Source: Crocinitomicaceae bacterium
GTDB lineage: Bacteria > Bacteroidota > Bacteroidia > Flavobacteriales_D > Crocinitomicaceae
NCBI GenBank assembly: GCA_044372835.1
Contig: JBILRE010000010.1
Span: 7,039-71,038 of the forward strand
Direction: 5' to 3'
DNA: 64,000 bases
Positions 9,222-19,944 of the stretch are shown here, piece by piece. The first letter of the stretch is position 1. The number at the start of each line of letters is the position of its first letter. Made by a program: the position numbers and the translations under genes. The notes under the pieces are model-generated. The model saw only the letters and a list, made by a program, of their open reading frames with translations, did no database searches and was not told the origin of the DNA.

Positions 9222-10496
9222 TTAAAACGAGAATAAGGGTTTGGTGTGCATGGCTTCATTCACTTCTTTGCGCACGTTTCCTATTACCTGCTGGTTTTCT
9301 TTGTTCATTAGCACACGATCAATTTGATCCACCATCCAAGACATCTCATTCTCCTTTGCGCCACGCGTGGTAATAGCGGAAGTACCAATACGAATTCCAG
9401 AGGTTACGAAAGGTGATTCTGTATCAAAAGGCACCATGTTCTTATTTACGGTGATGTCAGCCGAAACCAAAACCTGTTCAGCTTCTTTTCCTGTGATTCC
9501 CTTCGATCGCAAGTCAATCAACATAGAATGGTTTTCTGTTCCACCTGAAACAATATGGTATCCTCTCTTCACAAATTCTTCTGCCATGGTTCGGGCATTC
9601 AACTGTACCTGTTTCATGTAACTTGTGTAGTTCGGAGATAATGCTTCTCTAAATGCTACCGCTTTTGCAGCAATGACATGTTCTAAAGGTCCCCCTTGTG
9701 TGCCGGGGAAAACTGCCCCATCTAGCAAGGCCCCCATTGACTTCAAATTTCCATTGTTCCAACGAAGCCCAAAAGGATTATCGCCATTGTAGCGCATCAT
9801 AATCACTCCACCGCGAGGTCCTCGCAATGTTTTGTGGGTAGTTGTAGTTACAATATGGCAATGTTCCAATGGATCATTCAATAATTTCGCAGCTATCAGT
9901 CCAGCAGGATGAGAAATATCAGCAAGAACGATGGCACCAACCTCATCCGCAATAGCACGAATGCGTTTGTAATCCCAATCCCTACTGTAAGCGGATGCTC
10001 CACAAATAATCATTTTGGGGCTTTCCTTGCGCGCGGTCGTAGCCATAACATCGTAATCGATCAATCCTGTTTCCTTGTCGACTCCGTAAAAAGTAGGTCT
10101 GTACAATTTACCTGAAAAATTCACGGGCGATCCATGTGTCAAATGTCCGCCATGCGATAAATCAAAACCCAGAATTGTATCCCCCGGTTTCAGGCAAGCC
10201 AAAAATACGGCTGCATTGGCCTGAGCACCCGAATGTGGCTGGACGTTTGCCCACTTAGCATCAAACAATTGACAAAGACGGTCAATAGCCAACTGCTCCA
10301 CTTTATCCACTACTTCACATCCACCGTAGTACCTTTTACCCGGAAGCCCTTCGGCATATTTATTAGTCAAGACGCTTCCCATCGCTTGCATCACTTCATC
10401 GCTAACGAAGTTTTCAGATGCAATCAACTCAATACCATTTATTTGCCTTTGGTGCTCTTCTTCAATCAGATTGAAAATTTCTTGGTCCCTTTTCAT
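9222..10496 (-). CDS. glyA: Serine hydroxymethyltransferase
   Basis: Motifs seen: [17 protein letters not shown], and the PLP-lysine motif [14 protein letters not shown]. Confidence 0.97.
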   Translation of the reverse strand: MKRDQEIFNLIEEEHQRQINGIELIASENFVSDEVMQAMGSVLTNKYAEGLPGKRYYGGCEVVDKVEQLAIDRLCQLFDAKWANVQPHSGAQANAAVFLACLKPGDTILGFDLSHGGHLTHGSPVNFSGKLYRPTFYGVDKETGLIDYDVMATTARKESPKMIICGASAYSRDWDYKRIRAIADEVGAIVLADISHPAGLIAAKLLNDPLEHCHIVTTTTHKTLRGPRGGVIMMRYNGDNPFGLRWNNGNLKSMGALLDGAVFPGTQGGPLEHVIAAKAVAFREALSPNYTSYMKQVQLNARTMAEEFVKRGYHIVSGGTENHSMLIDLRSKGITGKEAEQVLVSADITVNKNMVPFDTESPFVTSGIRIGTSAITTRGAKENEMSWMVDQIDRVLMNKENQQVIGNVRKEVNEAMHTKPLFSF

Positions 10497-11431
10497 AGCT
10501 TGACTGGTTTGTACAAATAGTTATTCTCAAAAATAGCATTTAATCCCGCCTCTAAACTGGTATTTGGCTTATAATTGGTCAGGCGAAAAAGCTTTTCGGA
10601 GCTACCCACCCTTCTTTCCACTTCATAATCGTATCGTTTTTTGGGTGCCTCCAAGAAAGTAATCTGTGATTTAGAACCCGTGATGGATTTGATTTTTTTC
10701 GCCAAATCATCAATGCACCATTCTTCTTCATTGGCAATATTGACAATGTGATATCCCGTCAACTCCATTAAGCGTATACATGCCTCGACAGTGTCATCAA
10801 TGTACGTGAAATCACGGGTTTGCCGGCCAGTCCCAAATACAGTAATATCTTGATTTTCGGTTGCTTGCTCAAAGAATCTTGGAACGACCATTCGGTTATC
10901 TTGGTTTTCACCGTACACATTGAAAAAACGAAGTGAAACGGCATTTAATCCCTTTTCTTCATGGTGCGATGCCAAATAAATTTCATTGTACCGTTTCGCC
11001 ATCGCATAGGAAGTTCTTGGATCAACGAGTACTTCTTCTGTCAACGCACTCTCCATTGCCGTATGGCCGTAAATCCCGCTGGTAGATGCATACATGATTT
11101 TTTCGACGTTGTTGATGATGGCTGCTTCTACCACATTACGGGTCCCTATCACCTCTACATCCATGGTTTCAACAGGATTATCTGCTACAATGTCTACACC
11201 TAATACGGCTGCAAAATGAAACACAACATCACACCCCTTACTCGCCTTAACGACCGTAGATAAATCGCGTACATCACCTTTTACAAAATCAATCAACCCA
11301 TAGGTTTCCTTGTCTAATTTATTTCCCCTCAATAACGAGTCCAAGACCACCACCTTGTGACCATCGTTCACAAGTCTTTTGGTCAGGTTACTTCCGATAA
11401 AACCAGCACCGCCAGTAATTAATATTTTCAT
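10493..11431 (-). CDS. NAD-dependent nucleotide-sugar epimerase/dehydratase (extended SDR)
   Basis: It has the Rossmann motif [13 protein letters not shown] and a YAMAK (YxxxK) catalytic motif. It overlaps the glyA start by 4 nt. Confidence 0.85.
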   Translation of the reverse strand: MKILITGGAGFIGSNLTKRLVNDGHKVVVLDSLLRGNKLDKETYGLIDFVKGDVRDLSTVVKASKGCDVVFHFAAVLGVDIVADNPVETMDVEVIGTRNVVEAAIINNVEKIMYASTSGIYGHTAMESALTEEVLVDPRTSYAMAKRYNEIYLASHHEEKGLNAVSLRFFNVYGENQDNRMVVPRFFEQATENQDITVFGTGRQTRDFTYIDDTVEACIRLMELTGYHIVNIANEEEWCIDDLAKKIKSITGSKSQITFLEAPKKRYDYEVERRVGSSEKLFRLTNYKPNTSLEAGLNAIFENNYLYKPVKL

Positions 11432-11489
11432 ACACGTTCGATATTAAGGTAATACATAGTACAAATATCGCTATTTGAAGGGATTAGTG

Positions 11490-12266
11490 TCAATCTTTCG
11501 GTGATTTAAATCGTTTTATTGCGCACAATTTATGGCTCAATTTCATATCTGACCTTCGGACAATCCCCTGTTGAGTTAAATCATCAATTCGTACCCATCC
11601 GGATGCGTGAATGATTTCGAGGGATGAATCGATGATACCTACGTGAGTGATTTTCCCCTCCGCATTATTAAAAAAAGCGACATCTCCCTCGTTTATTTCG
11701 TCAAAGGAAACCTCTGTTCCTAACTCAGCTTGCTGCCACGCATCGCGAGGAAGGATGATGTCAAATGTTCGAAAAACAAGTTGAATGAACCCAGAACAAT
11801 CAACGCCATATGGCGACTTACCACCCCACAAATAAGGCGCATTCAAGAACCTTAGGGCACAATTCCAAACATTTTCTGTTGACATTCGGGGTAATTCGAT
11901 TTCAGAAGGAAGAGAATATCTATGCTTACCTATATTAAACTGCTTGCCGTTACCAATACGAGAACCGATAAATAGTTGTTGCTTACCCCTTTCCGTTTGT
12001 ATTTCCGAAGTCAATGTTCGTTGAAATTGGGCGGTTTGTTCCCATTCATTCAATTCCTCCTTAGAAAGAAAAAATAGTTGTTTTTCATCTACGTAAGCGG
12101 TATAATGATCTAATCGGGAAACTAGTTTAACCCATGGCTCGTCGCATTCGATAACATCTACCGTTTCTCCAAAAATCAATTGCGAGACCATCTCAGACGA
12201 ATCGCTTTTTTCCCTGCGCATAGGAGCAATACTCACAGAACAAAACGCATAGTCCTTTGTCATCAA
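11490..12266 (-). CDS. C40-family (NlpC/P60) peptidoglycan peptidase with N-terminal SH3-like region
   Basis: The catalytic Cys context is YLWGGKSPYGVDCSGFIQ, and the downstream His is in GKITHVGII. Confidence 0.85.
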   Translation of the reverse strand: MMTKDYAFCSVSIAPMRREKSDSSEMVSQLIFGETVDVIECDEPWVKLVSRLDHYTAYVDEKQLFFLSKEELNEWEQTAQFQRTLTSEIQTERGKQQLFIGSRIGNGKQFNIGKHRYSLPSEIELPRMSTENVWNCALRFLNAPYLWGGKSPYGVDCSGFIQLVFRTFDIILPRDAWQQAELGTEVSFDEINEGDVAFFNNAEGKITHVGIIDSSLEIIHASGWVRIDDLTQQGIVRRSDMKLSHKLCAIKRFKSPKD

Positions 12267-12847
12267 GATTGGGGAAATTTTGAATCCGATAAGATATTCA
12301 TTAATTGCTGTTGATGACGACGGTTATGATAGACAATAAACATCAATGCATCTCCTAGCCTCAAACGAATCAGGCGGGATAAGGACCATGGAATTTTTAC
12401 CTTCCGAAGGTTCACCTTTTTTGCTTCGTCCAACATCTTCAACATAACTTGCTGATGCTGCTGGCACTCCTCAAGGAAATTGGATCGCACCAACACATTA
12501 TTTTTTATTGGGTTGAATAGTTTGGGGGTTTTGAACTTCCTACGAATGTTACCAGCATTTCCAAGGCTCATGGATTTCCAAGCAGAGGCTCCCAAAGGGG
12601 AAGATATGAAAAGAGAAACAGGTTGTTCATTTCCCTCTGTTTCCATTTTTTTTAACAATGTAGGGTGGTAATGCGCGGCATAGGCATTCATGTGTTGAAT
12701 TACTTCTGAGCAAGACCATGCGCCACCCTGAGACCATTTTAACTGATTCGTTGATAAAGGTGCGATTCGAGTGGTTAAAAACGCTAAAAACTGGTTCGTA
12801 ATTAATTCCAGTTCCTCCAACAGTTCTATCGAATTTCTTCCTTTCAA
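12263..12847 (-). CDS. DinB-family protein
   Basis: It shows a four-helix DinB-like pattern with conserved His residues (VIQHMN..., VYHNRRHQQQ). It has a TTG start and overlaps the C40 peptidase gene by 4 nt. Confidence 0.65.
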   Translation of the reverse strand: MKGRNSIELLEELELITNQFLAFLTTRIAPLSTNQLKWSQGGAWSCSEVIQHMNAYAAHYHPTLLKKMETEGNEQPVSLFISSPLGASAWKSMSLGNAGNIRRKFKTPKLFNPIKNNVLVRSNFLEECQQHQQVMLKMLDEAKKVNLRKVKIPWSLSRLIRLRLGDALMFIVYHNRRHQQQLMNILSDSKFPQS

Positions 12848-12867
12848 ATGCCTCTCATTTATGGAAT

Positions 12868-12875
12868 CAAATGTA
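12868..12875 (-). promoter_or_regulatory. Putative -7 box for the DinB / C40-peptidase operon
   Basis: The minus strand reads TACATTTG, 20 nt upstream of the TTG start at 12847. Confidence 0.4.
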
Positions 12876-12984
12876 CCATTTTTTCATCATTCATTTTTCA
12901 AAAATGCGTTACAAAAATCACCTATGAACGAAACGGGTCGATGAATTATCCTTACTTTCGTACCTAACTTTTCGACCAAGGTTC

Positions 12985-13746
12985 ATGACCCCTACAATTC
13001 TTGTAACGAACGATGACGGTATTTCTTCCAAAGGAATTCACTCTCTTGTAGAGGTTGCAGCTTCTTTTGGGGAGGTCCTGGTGGTAGCACCTGATAAACC
13101 TCAATCGGGAATGGGGCATGCCATCACCATCAATCAAATCCTCCGTCTTGACCCCTCCCGTTTGTTCCCTCAACATGAGGCATACACGTGTTCAGGCACT
13201 CCCGTCGATTGCGTTAAGTTAGGAATCTACGAGGTGCTTCACCGAAAACCTGATTTAATTCTATCAGGTATTAATCACGGTGAAAACTCCTCAACAAATG
13301 TCTTATATTCGGGTACTATGTCTGCTGCGATAGAAGGTGCTATGGAAAACGTACCCTCCATCGGTTTTTCGCTCGCCGATTTTGCTGCTGATGCCGACTT
13401 CAGCGAGGCACAACAAGTTGCTGAACGCATTTTACATCACGTCCTTCGGAAAGAATTACCAGAACATGTTTGTTTGAACGTTAATGTTCCAAAAAAAACA
13501 GCAGTTCCTCTAAAAGGCTTAAAGATTTGTCAGCAAGCACATGCCTTTTGGGAGGATCGCTTTGATAAAAGGCAAGATCAATTCGGACGAAATTACTATT
13601 GGATGTCGGGTGATTTTCTGCCTAAGAACCCACTTCCCGGTTCGGATTTAGAGGCGTTAAGTCAAGGTTATGCCAGTATTGTGCCTACCCACTTCGATTT
13701 AACAGCCTACTCAACTATGGATTTTTTTAAAACAATGTTCGAATGA
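12985..13746 (+). CDS. surE: 5'/3'-nucleotidase SurE
   Basis: Motifs seen: ILVTNDDGI, SGINHGEN, YSGTMSAA. Confidence 0.95.
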   Translation: MTPTILVTNDDGISSKGIHSLVEVAASFGEVLVVAPDKPQSGMGHAITINQILRLDPSRLFPQHEAYTCSGTPVDCVKLGIYEVLHRKPDLILSGINHGENSSTNVLYSGTMSAAIEGAMENVPSIGFSLADFAADADFSEAQQVAERILHHVLRKELPEHVCLNVNVPKKTAVPLKGLKICQQAHAFWEDRFDKRQDQFGRNYYWMSGDFLPKNPLPGSDLEALSQGYASIVPTHFDLTAYSTMDFFKTMFE

Positions 13747-14048
13747 ATTTAAGAAACTGGTCTCGCCAACACACCTTGGGACTTCTTACAGGTCTTGTTT
13801 CACCCTTTGTATTTTTACCTGTTGTATTATTTGCACTTGCTTGGTTACAAGACTATACATTTGATTCGTTATGGTACAAATTCACCATCGAATCAGCTTC
13901 CAGAATGAAATTCATTTCGATTGGTGCGATCTCCAATTTATTGTGGTTCTACAAAGCAATCAACCAGGAAAAATACGATTTTGCCATGGGTGTCATATTG
14001 GGAACATTTTGCTTTGTTCCGTTCATCATCTATGTCAATTACGTGTAA
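13743..14048 (+). CDS. Small 3-TM membrane protein between surE and lpxB
   Basis: It has three hydrophobic segments. It overlaps the surE stop as ATGA and ends 2 nt before the lpxB ATG, which suggests translational coupling. Confidence 0.6.
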   Translation: MNLRNWSRQHTLGLLTGLVSPFVFLPVVLFALAWLQDYTFDSLWYKFTIESASRMKFISIGAISNLLWFYKAINQEKYDFAMGVILGTFCFVPFIIYVNYV

Positions 14049-14050
14049 GA

Positions 14051-15184
14051 ATGGGTAATCGCTCGCTCAAATTCTACATTGTAGCCGGTGAAGCATCAGG
14101 TGATTTGCACGGTGCACATTTAATCAAAGAAATAAAAAGAATACATCCGGAATCTGATTTTCGCTGCTGGGGAGGCGATAAAATGAAAGACGAGGGAGGT
14201 GTTCTGGTCAAACATATTTCAGAATTGGCCTTCATGGGTTTTATAGAGGTATTATTTAACCTACGTACCATTTTTAAAAATCTGAGGCTTTGCAAACAAG
14301 ACATTCTTCAATACCGTCCGGATGCCTTGATTTTGATTGACTACCCTGGGTTCAATCTTCGTATTGCCACTTGGGCAAAAGCGCAAGGAATCAAAATACA
14401 TTACTACATTTCTCCACAAATATGGGCATGGAAACAATCAAGGGTGCACAAAATCAAAGCTTCAATTGATCACATGTATGTTATTTTACCTTTCGAAAAA
14501 GCCTTTTATGCAAAGTTCGATTACGAAGTGGAATACGTAGGAAATCCATTGATGGATGTCATCGCTGATCATTTCTCCAAGGCGCGTTCGAAAGAAGTTT
14601 TCATGGTTGAAAACCAACTGAAAGCCGAAACAAAGGTCATTGCGCTCTTACCTGGTAGCCGAAAACAAGAAATCCGTGTAAAACTCCCTATCATGTTGAA
14701 AGCGATGGAGTCCTTTCCGGAATACCAACTCGTGGTGGCAGGTGCACCGAGCATTGAAAAAAGTTTTTACGATGCTTTTCTGAATAAAAACATAAGCATA
14801 GTATATGGTCAAACCTATGATTTACTTCACTTTTCGGAAGCGGCGTTGGTAACATCGGGCACCGCAACCTTGGAAACGGCCATTATCGGTTGCCCTCAAG
14901 TGGTATGTTATAAAGGATCCTTTATTTCCTACCTAATCGCGCGTCTATTAATTAAGGTCAACTACATTTCATTGGTAAACCTAATTATGAATAGAGAAGT
15001 TGTCAAAGAATTGATTCAACAAGATTGTTCTGCAGATAAAATAAGGGGAGAATTAGGTAAACTTCTGAATGAAGGTCCAGATAGGAGCGCGCTCCTTGAA
15101 GACTATCGCGACTTAAAAAATCTTCTCGGGATTGGTGGAGCTAGCAAGAAAGTTGCCTTATCGGTGTTGAAAACTATTAATTAA
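14051..15184 (+). CDS. lpxB: Lipid-A-disaccharide synthase
   Basis: The LpxB N-terminus MGNRSLKFYIVAGEASGDLHGA begins at ATG 14051. The 60 residues upstream in the listed ORF overlap the previous gene and are not LpxB-like. Confidence 0.93.
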   Translation: MGNRSLKFYIVAGEASGDLHGAHLIKEIKRIHPESDFRCWGGDKMKDEGGVLVKHISELAFMGFIEVLFNLRTIFKNLRLCKQDILQYRPDALILIDYPGFNLRIATWAKAQGIKIHYYISPQIWAWKQSRVHKIKASIDHMYVILPFEKAFYAKFDYEVEYVGNPLMDVIADHFSKARSKEVFMVENQLKAETKVIALLPGSRKQEIRVKLPIMLKAMESFPEYQLVVAGAPSIEKSFYDAFLNKNISIVYGQTYDLLHFSEAALVTSGTATLETAIIGCPQVVCYKGSFISYLIARLLIKVNYISLVNLIMNREVVKELIQQDCSADKIRGELGKLLNEGPDRSALLEDYRDLKNLLGIGGASKKVALSVLKTIN

Positions 15185-15211
15185 CTCCCTTTTCAGCATT
15201 TTTTCTAGAAT

Positions 15212-15219
15212 TACTTTTG
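15212..15219 (+). promoter_or_regulatory. Putative -7 box for the SpoIID-like gene (near-leaderless)
   Basis: TACTTTTG ends 4 nt before ATG 15224. Confidence 0.45.
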
Positions 15220-15223
15220 CAGC

Positions 15224-16393
15224 ATGAAAATGGTTTTGACAGCCTTTTTTTTATGTTGCTGCAGCGTGCTCTTATCGCAACGCATGCGTATCGGCATTTA
15301 CCGCGACCAACCGATTAAACGGATTACCATTGCACACCACAAGGGAAATTATTTGATGTTTTTAGATACGTTACCATTGGATACTATCAAGCAATTTGAT
15401 TTTTTGGATGTACAATGGCAAAACGGCCGTGTGCTTGTCAAAAAAGGAACACAAGAATTAGGACTTTTTGAAAAACTGCTGCTTGTTCCAACTGAGTACG
15501 AAAATGCAATTGAACTTGCACCTTCTGCCCCCTCATTAAAAGCACGGCGTTACGAAGATGAGTTTGAAATAAGCTCAGGAACCAGTGGACTAACTATCGT
15601 TAATATTGCTGAAATGAACAACTACTTGGCTGGAGTGGTTGAGTCGGAAGGAGGTGGTGGAAAACACTTGGAATATTACAAAGCGCAGGCCGTCATGAGC
15701 AGAACCTATGCATTAAAATATATGGGGAAACACAAAAAAGAAGGTTTTGACCTTTGTGACCGGACGCATTGCCAAGCGTACTTCTCGATGCTGAAAAACA
15801 CGGCTTTAATAGATACTGCCGTCTGGCATACCCAAAACCATGTACTTTTAGATAAAAAAAAGCAATTCATAGATTGTTATTTCCACGCGAATTGCGGAGG
15901 CCAACTGGCTGAACCCCAACATGTATGGAACTCAAAAATTGAGTACTTGTCAACGTTTAAGGACACCTTCTGTACTTATTCGAAACAGGCAACATGGCAA
16001 AAATCAATCCCGATGGAGGAATGGAAAAATGTAATGGTTAATCAATTCCATTACCCAACTTCAGACAGCACACTGCTAAATGCGATGTTTTTCTTTGATC
16101 AACCCTATCGAAAAGCGTTCTATTTGCATCCTACATTGGGCATTCCTCTTAGGGATCTTCGAGATAAGTTCAACTTAAAATCCACGTTTTTCAGTGTTTA
16201 TCCTGAAAACGGCCAAGTTATCCTTTCGGGCAAAGGATTTGGGCATGGGGTCGGTATGTGTCAAGAGGGAGCGATGAAAATGGCGAAGCAAGGATTTAGC
16301 TACATCCAAATATTGAACTTTTATTTTCCTGGTGCACAGTTAAAAAAACGACACCTTACGGGGTATCTTCAACAGTCTACAGGAAAACTATAA
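15224..16393 (+). CDS. SpoIID/LytB-domain protein (lytic transglycosylase / amidase-enhancer family)
   Basis: It has a signal peptide plus MSRTYAL, LCDRTHCQAYF, HANCGGQ and GHGVGMCQEGA motifs. Confidence 0.88.
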   Translation: MKMVLTAFFLCCCSVLLSQRMRIGIYRDQPIKRITIAHHKGNYLMFLDTLPLDTIKQFDFLDVQWQNGRVLVKKGTQELGLFEKLLLVPTEYENAIELAPSAPSLKARRYEDEFEISSGTSGLTIVNIAEMNNYLAGVVESEGGGGKHLEYYKAQAVMSRTYALKYMGKHKKEGFDLCDRTHCQAYFSMLKNTALIDTAVWHTQNHVLLDKKKQFIDCYFHANCGGQLAEPQHVWNSKIEYLSTFKDTFCTYSKQATWQKSIPMEEWKNVMVNQFHYPTSDSTLLNAMFFFDQPYRKAFYLHPTLGIPLRDLRDKFNLKSTFFSVYPENGQVILSGKGFGHGVGMCQEGAMKMAKQGFSYIQILNFYFPGAQLKKRHLTGYLQQSTGKL

Positions 16394-16678
16394 ATCCTGG
16401 TAGGTAATAACAAAAATTTCTTCGTTTTCCTTTTTGAAAAATTTCTTCTCACGGGCAAAATTTTCCAATTCGTAGGTATTTCTTAGTTTTTTTAGCAAGG
16501 ACTTGGATTGCCTTAGATCAATAGCTAACTTTTCTTTTGATGCTTCTAAGCTTCGAAGACGGCTGTTGTATTTGACCATGGTAAATATGTCCATATCGTC
16601 TAAAAACAACACATACAAAAAGAAAATAATCGTGGCGTAAGCGTATTTATTTTTTAACCAATCGGGCAACTGCTTCAT
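16388..16678 (-). CDS. Septum formation initiator (FtsB/DivIC-like) protein
   Basis: It has an N-terminal TM helix (YATIIFFLYVLFL) followed by a short coiled coil. The size of 96 aa fits the family. Confidence 0.65.
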   Translation of the reverse strand: MKQLPDWLKNKYAYATIIFFLYVLFLDDMDIFTMVKYNSRLRSLEASKEKLAIDLRQSKSLLKKLRNTYELENFAREKKFFKKENEEIFVITYQDL

Positions 16679-16764
16679 GACACAAGTTTAACACAAGACC
16701 TGTCAACATTTACCATAGTTTGTGTTTTTTGTAAAAACTCGTATGTTAAAAAGATGTATTGTTT

Positions 16765-17703
16765 CTAGTACTTAATGCCAATTTTCTCGTATTGCTCCTC
16801 ATAAAACGTGCTTAAATCTGCATCTCCGGTTATGAGTTCCTTAATAAGGTTTAAAATTTTATCCCTATCTAACGGTTTAGCAGCCTTGTTCAGGGCATTC
16901 GCACTTAATAAACCACAATGGACAAACATTTTCTTTTCGATCTCGGTCCAATCGTTGAAACCAACGATCGAATCTGGCAACATTTTACGCGGTTTTTGTT
17001 TGGCGCTTGGATTTTTTTTGAGTGCATCAGCGTTGGCTTTATCAATGACCACATTTTCTTTCTTAACCGCAATGATTAAGTCATTTGCTTCTTTCCATTT
17101 GGCCGTTGCCGTCGTTTTGTCGTTGGCATAAAACTTCATTGCTCCATCGAAGTATTTATTGTAAAACGCCATTTGTGGAGCCAATTTGGTGAATGTACCA
17201 GCGAATCCGCTGGCTTTCGATAATTCCCCGTACATTTTGTCTCGCATTTTGGTGTCTTTGTCCAGTTGTGCCTTCGTTAAATCCTTATTTGTATACCAAG
17301 ATGTTTCTATTTCAATGGTAAAAAACTCATAAATTTCGCTTTCAAGTTCAAGGATATAATCTTTGTAATAGCCTTCTTTGAGTTGTCCTTTACCTTTCTT
17401 GTTGTCCAACTTAATCGCAGTGGAAGCTTTTGTGATGCTTTCTTTCCATGCATTGGCGTATAATGGGTCACTGGCTTTGTCCGTTTTGGAAATAGAATGA
17501 AGCCCCATGGAAAAATAAATCACCGGCAAGGGTTCATCTGGGTATTTAAGTGAAAGTTTTTCTGCCTTAACTATTAGTTTCTCATAATCCGCATCAGCAA
17601 ATAAAATTTGAAGTTCCGGATACGGATGCTCTTGAGCGAAAGTGGGAAGTGAAACGATGTTTAGCAACATCAGGGAAAAGAATATTTTTCTCATGTTTTT
17701 CAT
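16765..17703 (-). CDS. Secreted hypothetical protein (helical, Lys-rich)
   Basis: The signal peptide MKNMRKIFFSLMLLNIVSLPTFAQ starts at ATG 17703. I recognised no family motif. Confidence 0.55.
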   Translation of the reverse strand: MKNMRKIFFSLMLLNIVSLPTFAQEHPYPELQILFADADYEKLIVKAEKLSLKYPDEPLPVIYFSMGLHSISKTDKASDPLYANAWKESITKASTAIKLDNKKGKGQLKEGYYKDYILELESEIYEFFTIEIETSWYTNKDLTKAQLDKDTKMRDKMYGELSKASGFAGTFTKLAPQMAFYNKYFDGAMKFYANDKTTATAKWKEANDLIIAVKKENVVIDKANADALKKNPSAKQKPRKMLPDSIVGFNDWTEIEKKMFVHCGLLSANALNKAAKPLDRDKILNLIKELITGDADLSTFYEEQYEKIGIKY

Positions 17704-17853
17704 TTTTAATCGGTTCAACGACGTAAGTTCCATTTGGATACACAAAAGGCCAACTTTTTACAAATAAATTTCGAAAGTAAACTGTTGTCTTCCATCCGAG
17801 CTAATTACCAAAGGAAAGTCTTTTCAATTATTATGCCGAAAATAACCAAATTT

Positions 17854-19944
17854 TCACGAATCCTGTATACTTTCCAGCAACAAATGAAGGATTTTTCCCG
17901 CTGCTACCGTGATTTTGGTTCCCGGACCAAAAATTCCAAATACACCAGCTTGATACAAGGCCTCATAGTCTTGTTCAGGTATGACACCACCCGCCACAAC
18001 CATGATATCTCCCCGGTTCAACTTTTCCAGTTCTTGGATGACTTGAGGAACTAGCGTTTTATGACCTGCAGCAAGAGAAGATACTCCGAGAACATGAACG
18101 TCGTTTTCTACCGCTTGACGAGCAGCTTCTTGAGGTGTCTGAAACAACGGCCCAATGTCGACATCAAAACCAATATCAGCAAATGCGGTGGCAATGACTT
18201 TCGCCCCACGGTCATGGCCATCTTGTCCCATTTTAGCAATCATGATTCGGGGTCTTCGTCCCTCCAAGTGTGTAAATTTCTCCACCAGTGTGCGCACTTG
18301 TGTAAATTCTTTGTCCTCCATGACTTCTTTTGAAAAAACGCCAGAAATGGCTTGAATAGTTGCTTGATACCGACCATAAGCCGCCTCAAGTGAATTCGAT
18401 ATTTCGCCTAAAGTGGCGCGCTCTCTGGCACATTTTACAGCCAAATCCAATAAGTTCCCAATGCCTGTACTTGCCCCCTTTTCCAATTCTTTCAATACTG
18501 CTGATACCCGATCATTTTTTCTCGAGTTCCTTAATTGATTCAATCGATCAACTTGTTGTTGGAGCACTTTGGTATTGTCAATGCTAAGAATTTCCAACGA
18601 GGCTTTCTCATGGTCTTCAATCTCGTATCTATTGACTCCAACAATCACCTCTTTACCAGTATCGATACGTGCTTGCTTTATGGCGGCTGCTTCCTCAATC
18701 CTCAATTTAGGCAGACCTGTACCTATGGCCTTGGTCATACCTCCTAAAGACTCTATCTCCTGAATGAGTGTCCACGCTTCCTCAACCAGTTCATTGGTTC
18801 TTTCCTCAATCAACCAACTACCACCCATAGGATCAACAAATGGGGTGATGTGCACCTCCTTCTGCAGGTAGATCTGTGTATTCCTGGCAATTCGCGCCGA
18901 AAAGTCTGTGGGCAAGGCTATGGCTTCATCAAGTGCATTCGTATGTAGAGATTGCGTTCCGCCCAAAACGGCTGCAAGTGCTTCGACACAGGTACGCGTA
19001 ACATTGTTGAACGGATCTTGCTCAGTAAGGCTCCAACCAGAGGTTTGACAATGGGTCCGTAAAGCCAATGATTTTTTATTCTTGGGTTTGAAATCATTTA
19101 CCAGCCTTGCCCATAAGAGCCTACCAGCGCGCAACTTTGCAATTTCCTTATGATAGTCCATTCCGATTGCCCAGAAAAAACTTAAACGCGGTGCAAAATC
19201 ATCTATGGACATTCCTGCTTTTAAACCTGCTCGGATATATTCCAAGCCATCGGCTATGGTATATGCTAATTCAAGAGCAGCCGTCGCACCTGCCTCGTGC
19301 ATATGGTATCCCGAAATGGAAATCGAATTGAATTTAGGCATCTTTCGCGCAGTATATTCAAAAATATCAGCAACAATGCGCATGGAGGGTTCAGGAGGAT
19401 AAATGTAGGTGTTACGCACCATGAACTCTTTGAGAATATCGTTTTGAATGGTGCCCGATAATTGTTCGGGTCGCACTCCTTGTTCTTCTGCGGCCACGAT
19501 GTAAAATGCCATTATGGGAAGTACCGCTCCGTTCATTGTCATTGATACAGACATCTGATCCAGGGGTATTTGGTCGAAAAGTACCTTCATATCTTCCACT
19601 GAATCAATTGCTACACCTGCTTTACCAACGTCTCCTACCACTCGTTCATTGTCAGAATCGTATCCCCGATGTGTAGGTAAATCAAAGGCTACCGAAAGTC
19701 CTTTTTGTCCTGCAGCCAAATTACGTTTGTAAAAGGCATTGGATTCTTCGGCGGTTGAAAAGCCTGCGTACTGGCGAATGGTCCATGGTCGAATGGCGTA
19801 CATGGTAGCATAAGGACCACGTAAAAAGGGTGCTTGACCAGCTACAAATCCTACATGTTCGAATGGTTCAGTTCCTTCTTGAGATCGACCTGCGTCTACA
19901 TGCTTTTTTGACCAGGAATATTGGTTAAAATCAAATCGTTTCAT
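17854..19944 (-). CDS. mutB: Methylmalonyl-CoA mutase, large (catalytic, B12-binding) subunit
   Basis: The MCM catalytic barrel is present ([30 protein letters not shown]). The C-terminal cobalamin-binding motif DGHDRGAKV (DxHxxG) is also present. Confidence 0.95.
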   Translation of the reverse strand: MKRFDFNQYSWSKKHVDAGRSQEGTEPFEHVGFVAGQAPFLRGPYATMYAIRPWTIRQYAGFSTAEESNAFYKRNLAAGQKGLSVAFDLPTHRGYDSDNERVVGDVGKAGVAIDSVEDMKVLFDQIPLDQMSVSMTMNGAVLPIMAFYIVAAEEQGVRPEQLSGTIQNDILKEFMVRNTYIYPPEPSMRIVADIFEYTARKMPKFNSISISGYHMHEAGATAALELAYTIADGLEYIRAGLKAGMSIDDFAPRLSFFWAIGMDYHKEIAKLRAGRLLWARLVNDFKPKNKKSLALRTHCQTSGWSLTEQDPFNNVTRTCVEALAAVLGGTQSLHTNALDEAIALPTDFSARIARNTQIYLQKEVHITPFVDPMGGSWLIEERTNELVEEAWTLIQEIESLGGMTKAIGTGLPKLRIEEAAAIKQARIDTGKEVIVGVNRYEIEDHEKASLEILSIDNTKVLQQQVDRLNQLRNSRKNDRVSAVLKELEKGASTGIGNLLDLAVKCARERATLGEISNSLEAAYGRYQATIQAISGVFSKEVMEDKEFTQVRTLVEKFTHLEGRRPRIMIAKMGQDGHDRGAKVIATAFADIGFDVDIGPLFQTPQEAARQAVENDVHVLGVSSLAAGHKTLVPQVIQELEKLNRGDIMVVAGGVIPEQDYEALYQAGVFGIFGPGTKITVAAGKILHLLLESIQDS

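Noticed and set aside
13871-14050. An N-terminal 60-codon extension of the lpxB ORF.
   Set aside because: It overlaps the 3-TM ORF in another frame and has a Cys/His-rich, non-LpxB sequence. The canonical LpxB N-terminus starts at ATG 14051.
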